The translations under genes and the position numbers were made by a program. The notes under the pieces were generated by a model. It was given only the letters and a program-made list of their open reading frames with translations. It searched no databases and was not told the origin of the DNA. This document shows positions 11,718-22,500 of a DNA stretch of 64,000 nt, piece after piece; position 1 is the first letter of the stretch, and each line of letters starts with the position of its first letter. Origin of the DNA: Ascoidea asiatica JCM 7603 (taxonomy: Eukaryota > Fungi > Ascomycota); assembly GCA_001600695.1 (NCBI GenBank), contig BCKQ01000001.1, positions 1,515,011 through 1,579,010 on the forward strand, read 5' to 3'.

Positions 11718-13352
11718 ATGGTTGTTTTATCGGCTTCAATTTGTTCAAGAGCAGGAAAGCCTCTTATTTCTCGTCAATTCAGAGATTTAACTAAAGATCG
11801 TGTTACTGCTTTATTAGCTGCTTTTCCAGCCCTTTTAAATGAATCAAATTCTCAACATACAACTGTTGAAGATGGGATGGTTAGATATGTTTATCAACCT
11901 TTAGAAGATTTATATATTGTTTTAATCACAAACAAGCATTCAAATATTATACAAGATATTGATACTTTACATATATTTGCTGAAACAATTACTTCATTAC
12001 TCAGAACTATTGATCAAAGAGAAATTTTTGAGAATGCTTTTGAAATTTTAAGTGCCTTTGATGAAATAGTTTCTCTTGGATTCAAAGAAAACGTAACAAG
12101 TTCTCAAGTTTTATCATTTTTAGAAATGGATTCTCATGAAGAAAAAATTCAAGAAATTATTGAGAGAAATAAAGAATTAGAAGCTACTGAAGAACGTAAA
12201 CGTCGTGCTAAAGAAATTCAAAGAAAAGAAATGGCTCGTCGTGATATGGAATTTTTTCCAAATTCAAACAATTCTTTTGGTTCTTCTTCTATTCCTCAAC
12301 CTCAACAACATGTTTATACCACCACCACTACTAGTGTTCCAGATTCTCCAATTGTACCAACAAATACTGTATCAAAAGCTAGGATTGCACCAAGAGGTAA
12401 AGGTTTACAACTTGGTAAAAAATCTGCACAAAATCAATCTCAAATTATGGAACCTTTACTTAATCTGGAATCATATGCTCCAGAACCAGAATTATATCAA
12501 GATAATACAAATACTTTTGAACCAGAATCACAAAATCAAACTCAAAATCAAGTATTTCATGAACCTCAGCCTCCACATATTGAAAATAATGGTATACTAA
12601 TTATTGTGAATGAAAAAGTTTCTGCACAAATTAATAGAGATGGTTCAATTTTATCATCGGAAGTAAAAGGTGATTTACAATTACGTATAAATGATGCAGA
12701 TTTAGCTCATTCGAAAATTTTTGTTAATACTCAAGGAAAAGCAGATGGAATTCAATATAAAACACATCCAAATGTTGATAGGAATTTATTCAATAAGCAA
12801 AATTTAATTACATTAAAAGATTCGAGTAAATCTTTTCCATCTAATGATCAATCTTTAGGTGTTTTGAGATGGAGAGGTGTTGGTAAAAATGATGATGAGA
12901 AATTTCTTCCAATATTATTTACAATTTGGTTAACAGCTTCAACAGTTAAACCTGGATTTTTTGATGTAACTATTGAATATGAATTAACACCAAATTATTC
13001 TAGTGAACCTTTTGAAAAATTTTATATTAATGTTCCAACATTTTCAGATGTTTTCTTAAGAGGTGATTCAGAGACAGATAATTCATTAACATTTGAATTT
13101 GATGAAGATACAGGAGCTGTTTTTATAAAAGAATTATCGTCGGGTGATTCTACCGGTACTATTGAATTTTCTGCAGAAGCAAATGAAGAAGATGTATTAT
13201 TCCCAATGGAAGTTAAATTTTCAATTGAAAATCCAACTGTTACACTAGGAAAAGTTATGGTTCAAGATGTTGTTAGTATTGATAATGAAGAAGAAAGTTT
13301 ACCATATGATGTATTTGCAATTACTGCTAGTGATTCTTTTGCTATTGTTTGA
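11718..13352 (+). CDS. RET2: Coatomer delta subunit
   Basis: MVVLSASICSRAGKPLISRQF, MDSHEEKIQEIIERNKE and YKTHPNVD motifs. Confidence 0.98.
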   Translation: MVVLSASICSRAGKPLISRQFRDLTKDRVTALLAAFPALLNESNSQHTTVEDGMVRYVYQPLEDLYIVLITNKHSNIIQDIDTLHIFAETITSLLRTIDQREIFENAFEILSAFDEIVSLGFKENVTSSQVLSFLEMDSHEEKIQEIIERNKELEATEERKRRAKEIQRKEMARRDMEFFPNSNNSFGSSSIPQPQQHVYTTTTTSVPDSPIVPTNTVSKARIAPRGKGLQLGKKSAQNQSQIMEPLLNLESYAPEPELYQDNTNTFEPESQNQTQNQVFHEPQPPHIENNGILIIVNEKVSAQINRDGSILSSEVKGDLQLRINDADLAHSKIFVNTQGKADGIQYKTHPNVDRNLFNKQNLITLKDSSKSFPSNDQSLGVLRWRGVGKNDDEKFLPILFTIWLTASTVKPGFFDVTIEYELTPNYSSEPFEKFYINVPTFSDVFLRGDSETDNSLTFEFDEDTGAVFIKELSSGDSTGTIEFSAEANEEDVLFPMEVKFSIENPTVTLGKVMVQDVVSIDNEEESLPYDVFAITASDSFAIV

Positions 13353-13554
13353 ATAAACTGTTATTATTAGTATCATATATAATATTATTTTTCTAAATTT
13401 TATAATGTAGAATTTACTTTAGTTTGAGATTGATAATTTTTGTCAATCTTTTATCAAATATGTAACTTTTTTTTTTTTAACAAACAATATAAGTTTTTTT
13501 CATATTTTCTTTCAAAGTTAATAATCATTTAATTTGTATAGTTACTTAGCTAAT

Positions 13555-13579
13555 TATATATATATATATATATATATAT
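13555..13579. repeat. (AT)n microsatellite in the RET2/ERG20 convergent terminator region
   Basis: About 12 TA units seen directly. Confidence 0.85.
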
Positions 13580-13631
13580 TGAAACTTTATAAAAGGAGAA
13601 TATTGAATAGAAAACAGAATTGATTACAAGA

Positions 13632-14687
13632 TTATTTCTTACGTTTGTAAATTTTATTTAAAAATGCAGTAAGAACTTCACCTTTAAAACCTCTTGATTC
13701 ATCAATTTTACTAATTTTTAATCTTAAATCATTCGTAATTTTTTCTTCATAATCATAAAACATTTTTTCAATATTTAACTCATTAAAAATTTTTTTACAA
13801 ACTAATTCCATTTCAGAATTTTTTCTACCATAATTATCATCTAATAATTTTCTTTGATCTTCATTTGCTAATTTTAAAGCAGTATTAATAACCCAAGAAC
13901 ATTTATTATCTAATATATCAGTACCAATTTTACCAATTTGTTCAGGTTTACCAAAACAATCTAAGAAATCATCTTGAATTTGAAAATATTCACCTAATGG
14001 AATTAAAACATCTTCAGCTTGTTTTAAATCTAAATCATTTGAAATTCCACACATAAACATAGCTAAAGCAACAGGTAAATAAAATGAATAATAAGCAGTT
14101 TTATAAATAACAATAAATGAATGTTTTTGTAAATTAAATTTTGATAAATCAACATGATCTTCAGGAGCTGTTATTAAATCTAATAATTGACCTAATTCAG
14201 TTTTAAAAGTTACATCATGAAATAATTCAATTAAATTAATATAATAAGAATCATTTCTGAAATGATTTCTCAAAAGAATATAAATTACAGCTTCTAAAAT
14301 AAAAGAATCATTAATTGCAATTTCATTAACATTTTCTACTTTATACCAACATGGTTGACCTCTTCTTGTAATTGATTTATCCATCATATCATCAGCAACT
14401 AAGAAATAAGCTTGTAATAATTCAATACACCAACCTAAAATTGCAACTTTTTCATATTCTTTTTCAGATAAATCATTAATTGAATTATAATTTTTTAAAA
14501 TTATATAAGTATCAACAACAGATAAACCTCTATTTAATTTACCACCTGGAGTATTATAATTTAAATTATTTGTTAACCAATCAATTGCATCTTGTGGAAT
14601 TTTATAAGAATTTAAAATTGATTGAATTTCTTCAACAATTTTTGGAAATATTGATAAAAATTTAGTTCTTGAAGCAGCTTTATCCAT
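13632..14687 (-). CDS. ERG20: Farnesyl pyrophosphate synthase
   Basis: GGKLNRG, DDMMD (FARM) and QIQDDFLD (SARM). Start moved to the first ATG (MDKAASR) at 14687; the track start is a GTG. Confidence 0.98.
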   Translation of the reverse strand: MDKAASRTKFLSIFPKIVEEIQSILNSYKIPQDAIDWLTNNLNYNTPGGKLNRGLSVVDTYIILKNYNSINDLSEKEYEKVAILGWCIELLQAYFLVADDMMDKSITRRGQPCWYKVENVNEIAINDSFILEAVIYILLRNHFRNDSYYINLIELFHDVTFKTELGQLLDLITAPEDHVDLSKFNLQKHSFIVIYKTAYYSFYLPVALAMFMCGISNDLDLKQAEDVLIPLGEYFQIQDDFLDCFGKPEQIGKIGTDILDNKCSWVINTALKLANEDQRKLLDDNYGRKNSEMELVCKKIFNELNIEKMFYDYEEKITNDLRLKISKIDESRGFKGEVLTAFLNKIYKRKK

Positions 14688-14964
14688 TTTTTTATTTTTT
14701 TTTGAAAAATACTTCACGATTTTAATAATAATTTACAAAAGGAATAATGAATTAAGAAAAGAAAAAAGAATTATGTTAATTATTTTGAGATATACAGTAT
14801 ATAAGTGAATAAATAAATATATTTCTTTATAAATGTTTTCAGAATTGAAAGGAAGCGAATATTCGACTCGATATTGGATATCGATAGCTATTTATCATTT
14901 CTTGTGTAAAAGTAGTATAAATTTAGCATAATTTTAGTGTTAGGCTCGCATCTAACGTGGAGCT

Positions 14965-14978
14965 TAAACGATCGTACA
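14965..14978. promoter_or_regulatory. Putative Upc2/Ecm22 sterol response elements upstream of ERG20
   Basis: TAAACGA (reverse complement TCGTTTA) directly followed by TCGTACA, ~280 bp upstream of an ERG gene. Confidence 0.4.
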
Positions 14979-15036
14979 CATCGTTATGAAAAATGCAGTT
15001 ACCCTGAAGTAACGTTGCAGTGGTAATTTAACCACA

Positions 15037-15785
15037 TTATGAACCAGTATACATGAATTTGACTATTTTGTTTATCTCAGCATTCTGTAATTGAGCAGAA
15101 TAAAAGTTATTTTCATTATTGTTTTCATCTTCGGTTTCATCTATGGAATTGATGTTACCATTGAATAATTCATTTTCAATTTCTTCTTTCTTTCCAGATT
15201 CAATTTCCTTTTGAGTGAAATCACCGAAGAATTTATGGTCTGTGACTTCATTTTTAGCTTGATCGAAGCACCAATATATTAATTTATCATCGTCATAATT
15301 ATTATTAATTATGTTATTATTATTATGATTTGAATCATTATTTTGGTTGTTTTGATTATTTTGATTATTTTGATTATCATTGATATGATTATTTAATTTA
15401 TCAATTAATAATTCTGAATTTTCAATCCATTCTTCAACTTCAGGTAATGGTTTTTTTCTTAATAAAGAATTTAATAAACTTTCATATTGAGTACTTGGAA
15501 ATTTAGGTAATGGATAAACATTTGAATTAATTAAGATATTTGAATTTTTTGATAAAGTTTTTGAAATTGTAACTAATTGTGTTATTATTATATTATATTG
15601 ATTTTGAATTGAAGGCCAATCTGGTAATTTTTTTGATCTTAAAATATCATTTTTTAATTTAACTAATGATGTTGATAATAAAATTAAATTATTTCTTAAT
15701 TTTTCTAATTGTTCTGTAGGTATTGCAGTAAAATCATATTCATCTTTATTTTTATTTCCATTTTCAATTATTTTATTATTTTGAA

Positions 15786-15834
<49 letters not shown>

Positions 15835-15900
15835 AATATTTGGATTATTATTTTGATTACTAGAGTTTTGTCTACTGATATACTGTTGCAATAAAGACAT
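15037..15900 (-). CDS. MED8: Mediator subunit Med8 with poly-Asn insertions
   Basis: LPDWPSIQNQYNII, NVYPLPKFP and LLRKKPLPEVEEWI motifs; first ATG at 15900. Confidence 0.95.
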
Positions 15901-16413
15901 TTTTTTATGAAAATGGATGGGCAATATCAAAAATAAATTGAGACTGTTCAAATACTTCTCTTATTAATATATTCTATTAACTTTACTATAAATATGATAA
16001 TTTTGATAATAATTGTATGTACTCTTTAACTGTTATTTAGTTTAGTTTTTATATTATTATTATTGAAAGAGACACGTGCTTTCTTTTCGGTGAAGTATTA
16101 TTGAAACCAAAAATATGGATGGATTTACAGGACCTTGTTGCTAAAGTTTGTTATTTTGATATTTACTGTAGTTTTGAAATTGAATTTGAAATTGAATTTA
16201 GACTGAAGATTAAATTTTTAGTTTTGAATTTAATGAAATTGATTGGAATTAAATAAGTTGATATAAAGTTTTTTAAAGAAAAAATTTAGAAACACGTTTA
16301 GTAACTTATAACAACCAATAAGGATAGATTAAAATAGAATATGAGTATTAAGTAGGTATTCTAAGAGTAATTTTTATTACAAATACTAATTTTAATATAT
16401 CAAATTAAAAAGA

Positions 16414-17587
16414 ATGCCATTTATTAAGAGAAATACACTTCCTGAGTTACATTCAGATGTTTACATTAGAAGTAATTTAAATCGAAAAAAAGAATTTTCA
16501 ACTAATGATCTTATTAACAATAAATTACAAGTTAATGATAATGATAATGATAACGAATATGAGTCCGATAATGATAGAGATAATGACAAAGATAATGATA
16601 ATGATAATGAAAGTGATGATACAGTAATAAGAAAAAATCTTAAAAATTCAAATAAACAATTTCTGGGTAATAATAAAAGAAGTTTTAGTATTGGGAATGT
16701 ATTTAATGGAATTCAAGAATCAATGAGTAGAACATTTTCGCAATCAATTATTAATCCACAACTGAGTAATGAAATAAATAATGAAATTCAAAGTAAATTT
16801 ACAAATTCTAGTAAAAATACAAATACAAATACAAATACAAATACAAATACAAATACAAGCATAAATAAATTTAAAAACAAAAAAAGAAATAGTACAGGAG
16901 ATAATTCTGAGATTATAAGTAGTAATAATTTTGAAAATAATAGTAGTATTATTAATGAAGATAATAATAAAAATTTAAGATTTAATAATCTGAGAAGTTT
17001 TACATTTAATGGGAATGAAAATAAATTTCCATTTAAATTAAAAACTCCAATAAGTACAATAAAGTCTAGAAATAATAATAATAATAGTAATTTTGATAAT
17101 ATTATAGAAAATACTGATAATTATAAGAATAATATAATACCGGTGAGTCCAATAACACCTAAAACACCAGTTACACCAATGGGACAAATTGCAAATTATA
17201 ATAATTATAATAACAGGAATATTAAAAGAAATAATAATTTGAATAATATAAACAAAAATAAATTACCAATAAATGATCAAATACCATCATTTAAACCATT
17301 AATAAATAATTTAGATTATGAATGGAATAAAATTGATATTATTGAAGATGTTAAAGAAATGAGTAAGAATATTATACTGAAAAATTCATTTAATAATAAT
17401 ACTTGTAATAATTCTAATGAAGAGGAAGTGGAAGAAGAAGAAGAAGAGGATGTTAAGAATTTAAAAGCTTTAAAATCTAATCAATTTAAATTAATCAATA
17501 CTATAAATGATTTAAATAAAGAAATTGAATTAAATTATGTTGAACATAATGAAAAATTATGGAATGAATATGGTTATCAAGATAATT

Positions 17588-17620
<33 letters not shown>

Positions 17621-17808
17621 ATAGTGTAAATGGTAATGGAAATGGAAATGGAAATGGGAATGAACTAGATCCTAAAGAAATCAAAAAATTGAAATTATTA
17701 TACAATGATGATTATTTTAATAAAGTTTCTAGTTCTATAAATGATATAGAAAATGATTTAAATAAAATAATCAAAGTAATGAAAAAACTTGAAAATAATC
17801 ATGATTGA
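16414..17808 (+). CDS. Uncharacterised, mostly disordered protein, probably of the YBR197C/YPL077C family
   Basis: 464-aa ORF with a conserved-looking block WNKIDIIEDVKEMSK..LKALKSNQFKL and a C-terminal coiled coil. The family call rests on recall and on the MED8/MSI1/PGI1/TAF5/GPI2 neighbourhood. Confidence 0.55.
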
Positions 17809-18296
17809 TAAATAATTTTAATACAATATTTTGAATATAATCTTTTATTATTTCTACTGTATTTTATATTTTTACATTGGGTACCCACAAATTCGGCGAC
17901 GATAATGCACATGTTTTATTTTTAATATTAACCATTAACGTTAGAAGTTAAATTGAATTTAGTTAATATCTGATTGAAATAATTGTTCAAAAAAAAATTA
18001 TATAAAAACCATTGTCACGGTTCAAATTGATTTTATATTAGCCACAAAATAAAGATATGTAATAAAACGCCTTGGTACGACTAATTGCAGAAAAAACGCG
18101 TTTTTTTCAAGCAGATTAAATTTGTCAGATCAACATTCAATTTTTTGCCGAGCTGGCTTAAGCTGATTTGAGTTAAATTGTGAGAAAAAAAACAAATTTT
18201 GGTGAAATGACACAAACACGAAAAAATCAAAAAGGAAGTGAAATTGCAAGGGGATCAATCGTAAGGGAAGTTAAGGAGAAACAAAAACAGGAGAAT

Positions 18297-18349
18297 CACA
18301 AGCAACACAAGCAACACAAGCAACACAAGCAACACAAGCAACACAAGCA
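18297..18349. repeat. 9-bp tandem repeat (CACAAGCAA)x~6
   Basis: Seen directly. Confidence 0.95.
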
Positions 18350-19553
18350 GGTGTTTGCACGGTTTGTGAGTCGAGATGGGCTTGAGAATATTCAATCCAG
18401 CCATTGAGACAAGGAAGAACTGTGATTCTCTTGTGATTCTCTTTTGTTTTGTGTGTGTGGATTCCATGAGTTTACCTCTTTGGCGCAAGACTGATTCAGA
18501 TTCGACAGCGTCAAAGATCGAGCAGCAGAAACTTCGTTCGAGAGTCATGCTCAGAGTCCTTCTCAGAGTTCTTCTCAGAGTCAGAGACTGCTCGTGGTTT
18601 GGGATGAGAAGCAGCGATGTCTGGGATTGATCTCGACAAAGTCCACTTGCTTCACCCACTTCGCATACTTTGGTGATTGTGGTGATTTGAATCGAATTAA
18701 AGTCAATTTTGGTTCCTTCAATTTCATTTCATTTCATTTCATTTAATTTAATCTAATTTAATTTCATTTCCCATTTCAGAATCCACTTTTGTTTCCGGTT
18801 TGGGAACTTACAGTTTTTTGTTTTTGATTTTGCGTTTTTTTATCATTTTTGGGTCCACTTTCTTTTCTTGTTGTGGCAGATATAAATCATTAGGGAAATA
18901 ATTAAAGTACTGGGAATAGTTAATATTGTCAAGCAGTGAGCCGTTGCAGTGAACAATTTCCTCTGATACGTAGCGCAGTGAGCGAGCAGTGGGATAAATT
19001 TAAATTTATAAGTGTCTAACTTTATACCGCCATACTGAACTGTAATCAAAACAGTCCAAAAAAACCAACTGAAGAAAGAAAGGTGTGAAAAATTAAAGAT
19101 TATCAAAGAAGAAGATAGTAGAAAAAAGATAAATAATAAATAATAAAAGAAGGTAGCGAACGCTAATCAAGATTAAAATACTTTAAAAGAATAATCAAAA
19201 ACAACTCCACTCAAACAAGTCGAAGGTTTATCACTTTTTTATTAGTCTCACTTTCACTATTTGCTAAAACATTGCTAATTCATTTTCATTTCTGCTATAT
19301 TTTACTTTTTTATTTTTTATCTTCTTTTCATCTTTCATTTTAATTTTTTTTTATTTTTTTGATTTTGTTTCCTATATCATCAATTCAAATCATTCAATTC
19401 ATAAGAAATTTTGCAATTGATTTCATTCACTAGATTTATTTCTCTTCAATTCCTTTTTTATTCATTTATCTCTTACCAATTATCTATTATCAATTATCAA
19501 TTATCAATTATCAATTATAATCTGTATCAATAACTATATTTTTTATTTTAATA

Positions 19554-22500
19554 ATGTCATTATCAAATTTATCTTTACAAGTTTTAAATGATATTCAATT
19601 ACAAATTCAAGCTGATAATATATCTTCATTTTCTGAAAATTCAGATTCAACTTTAAGATCTTCACTGTCAAAATTATTAAATTTATCAAATTTATCAAAT
19701 TCAAATTTATCAAATAGAAATTCTTTAATTTTAAATAATAATTCAAATAATATAAAACCTAATTCAAATATTAAAAATTCAAAAATTTTATCAAATATAA
19801 ATATTTCTGATATAACTGATATTTCAAATATTTCAAATATTTCAAATTCATCTAACGGTAATATATCTAATATTTCTAATGAAACCAATGAGACAAATAA
19901 AACTAATGAAACTAATAATACCAGTGAAACAAATGAAACTAATGAAATTATATATAATACAAACATTACAACAAATACAACAAATACAAGTATATCGAAT
20001 TCTGATGAATTAATTAAAAATAATAATAAAGATAATATTCAAGATGATGATGATCAAATACAAATTGAAAAAGAAATGAATAATTTAAAATCTTCAATAA
20101 CTTTAAATACTTTATCTTCTTATATAACTGATCTAAGACAATCTGAACAAGTTTATTTAAATGATTTATCTAAATTATTAATATGTTCAAATTCTCATTC
20201 AAATTCAATCAATTCTATAAACTCAAATTTAATTCTATTAAATAAAATTCCAATTTCTTCTTCTTCATCTACCAACAAGAATAATGATAATAATAATGAT
20301 AATAATAATAAAAATGATAATGATATAAATATTAACAAAAATAATTATTTCGATTTCATAACTTCAATTAAAAATTTATTACTTTTACATAATCAATTAA
20401 ATTCAATATTATTAATAAATTTTAACCTTAATTCAAATATAAATTTAAAAAATTTAATTAAATTAATTTTAAATTTCGCAATTTGGTCAAAAAAAATTTC
20501 AAATTTTTATAATACTTATACTAAATTTTATTCATATAATATTCAAGATTCAGAACCTGAATTATATCTTAAAAAAAGACCATTTATAAGATTAAAATAT
20601 TTATCAAAATTAATTAATCAATTTAATCAAATTTTTTTATCAATAAATTATCCTAATTTTTCAAATAATTTAACTGATATTAATCTTTTAATAAATAATA
20701 ATATTCATAATAAAATTGATAATAATAAAAGAAATTCAAATGAAGAAAATAATAAATCTAATATAAAAGAAAACAATCAAAATTCTATAAATAATATTTC
20801 TGACTTAAATGATAATGAAGAAGATATACAAACTGAAATCGAAATTGAAAAGGAAAATGATATCATCAATGATAACAATAACGATAACAATAACGATAAC
20901 AATAACAATAACGATAACAATAACGATAACAATAACGATAACGACAACGATAAAGATAAAGATAAAGATAATGATGATAATGATAATGAAAATGAAAATC
21001 ATGATTATCAAGAATATTTAAATATTTCAGTTAAAAAAATTTCTTTAAATTTTCAAATTTCCTCAATTAATATTTCAAAACAATTAAAGGCTTCAATAAT
21101 CAAATTACAAAATGAAAAATTTAAAATTGATCAATCAACAATAAATTTTAATCAAGTTAGAGATCTTTATACTTTAAGAAATTCTTCTGGTTGCTTTTAT
21201 CTTAATCAAGTAATGAAAAGAGATTATTTTGAATTTGAATTTATACATAAATTAGATTATACAACAAATAAAAAATTAATTGAAATTTTTTTATTATCAA
21301 ATGATGTTAATAAATTTCCTTTATCAAATTTAAATGATTCCGATTTTAAATTAGATGATATTCATTCTTTAGCTCTTTGTTCTGTTGAAAATATTGGTAG
21401 AAATTTATTATTTCCTTCTTTTAGAAAAAATGAATTAAAATTATTATCAATTAATTCAGATTCATTGACAAATGAAGTTGTTTTAACTGTACCTGAATCC
21501 TTAGATAATTATTTTTTAAATGATTCTAATAATAATCAAAATAATTTAAATACTGATCATATTATAATTAAATTATCTTGTCCAGATTCTGTTCAATTTA
21601 ATTTATGGATCCCGATTTTTACTAAATTATTTGATTATCATACATCGTTACAAAAAGTTAAATTTGAAAGAAATTTTTTCCTGAAATATAAACAAGTTAA
21701 ACGAGATTTATTATTTCAAGATGGTTTAGGTTTAACTTATGATCCTTTTATTGATAATCAATCAAATAAAAATAAAAATTCTTCAATTAATAATAGACCT
21801 ATTATGAGAAGACCATTATCAGTGAGATCATTAAATCAATTAAGATCAACTAAATCAACTCCAAGTTTTGATTTTAAAAAATTCCCTCCTTTACCACAGC
21901 CGGAAAACTCAGATAATTCAAAACAAAGTAGTTTAATTGATCCAAAAAATAAAAATTTATCTTATACTGATAGTAAGAAAAAATATGGTAATCCACCTCT
22001 TTTTGGCTTAGCAATTGATTTTGATTCTCATACTCCTGATTTAACTTTAAAAGCTGATGAAAAATATATATCTCTGCCTGAGTCAGATAGTTCAAATGAT
22101 AATGAACTGCATTTAACTGATAAAAGTCTGGAAGAAGAAAATGATGATATTGAAGATGCCAATGATGATGTCAAGAACGTTGATGTTATTGTGGATAACA
22201 TGAAAGAAGATTTCAACGATTCTTTTTATTATAATGATAACGAAGAAGATGAAGAAGGAGAAGACGATGATGATGATGATGATAATTTGTCTTTAGTCAG
22301 TATTCATGATAATGAACAAGAAGCACAAAATGAAATACAATTTGTTAATATTGCCAATGGAAATCTTTCTAGTAGTAATCTTTCAAGAAGAGCTACCATG
22401 GTTGTTGCTAGTAATCATAGATCAACAAATAGTGTAAAATTAATTTCAATTCAGCCAAGAAAGTCTACTGAATTACATCTTGTCAAGCATAGTGCATCAA

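Noticed and set aside
18180-18659. Three overlapping short ORFs with HKQ or LVL repeats
   Set aside because: By-products of the 9-bp repeat and locally high GC; two have non-ATG starts and none has homology I recognise.
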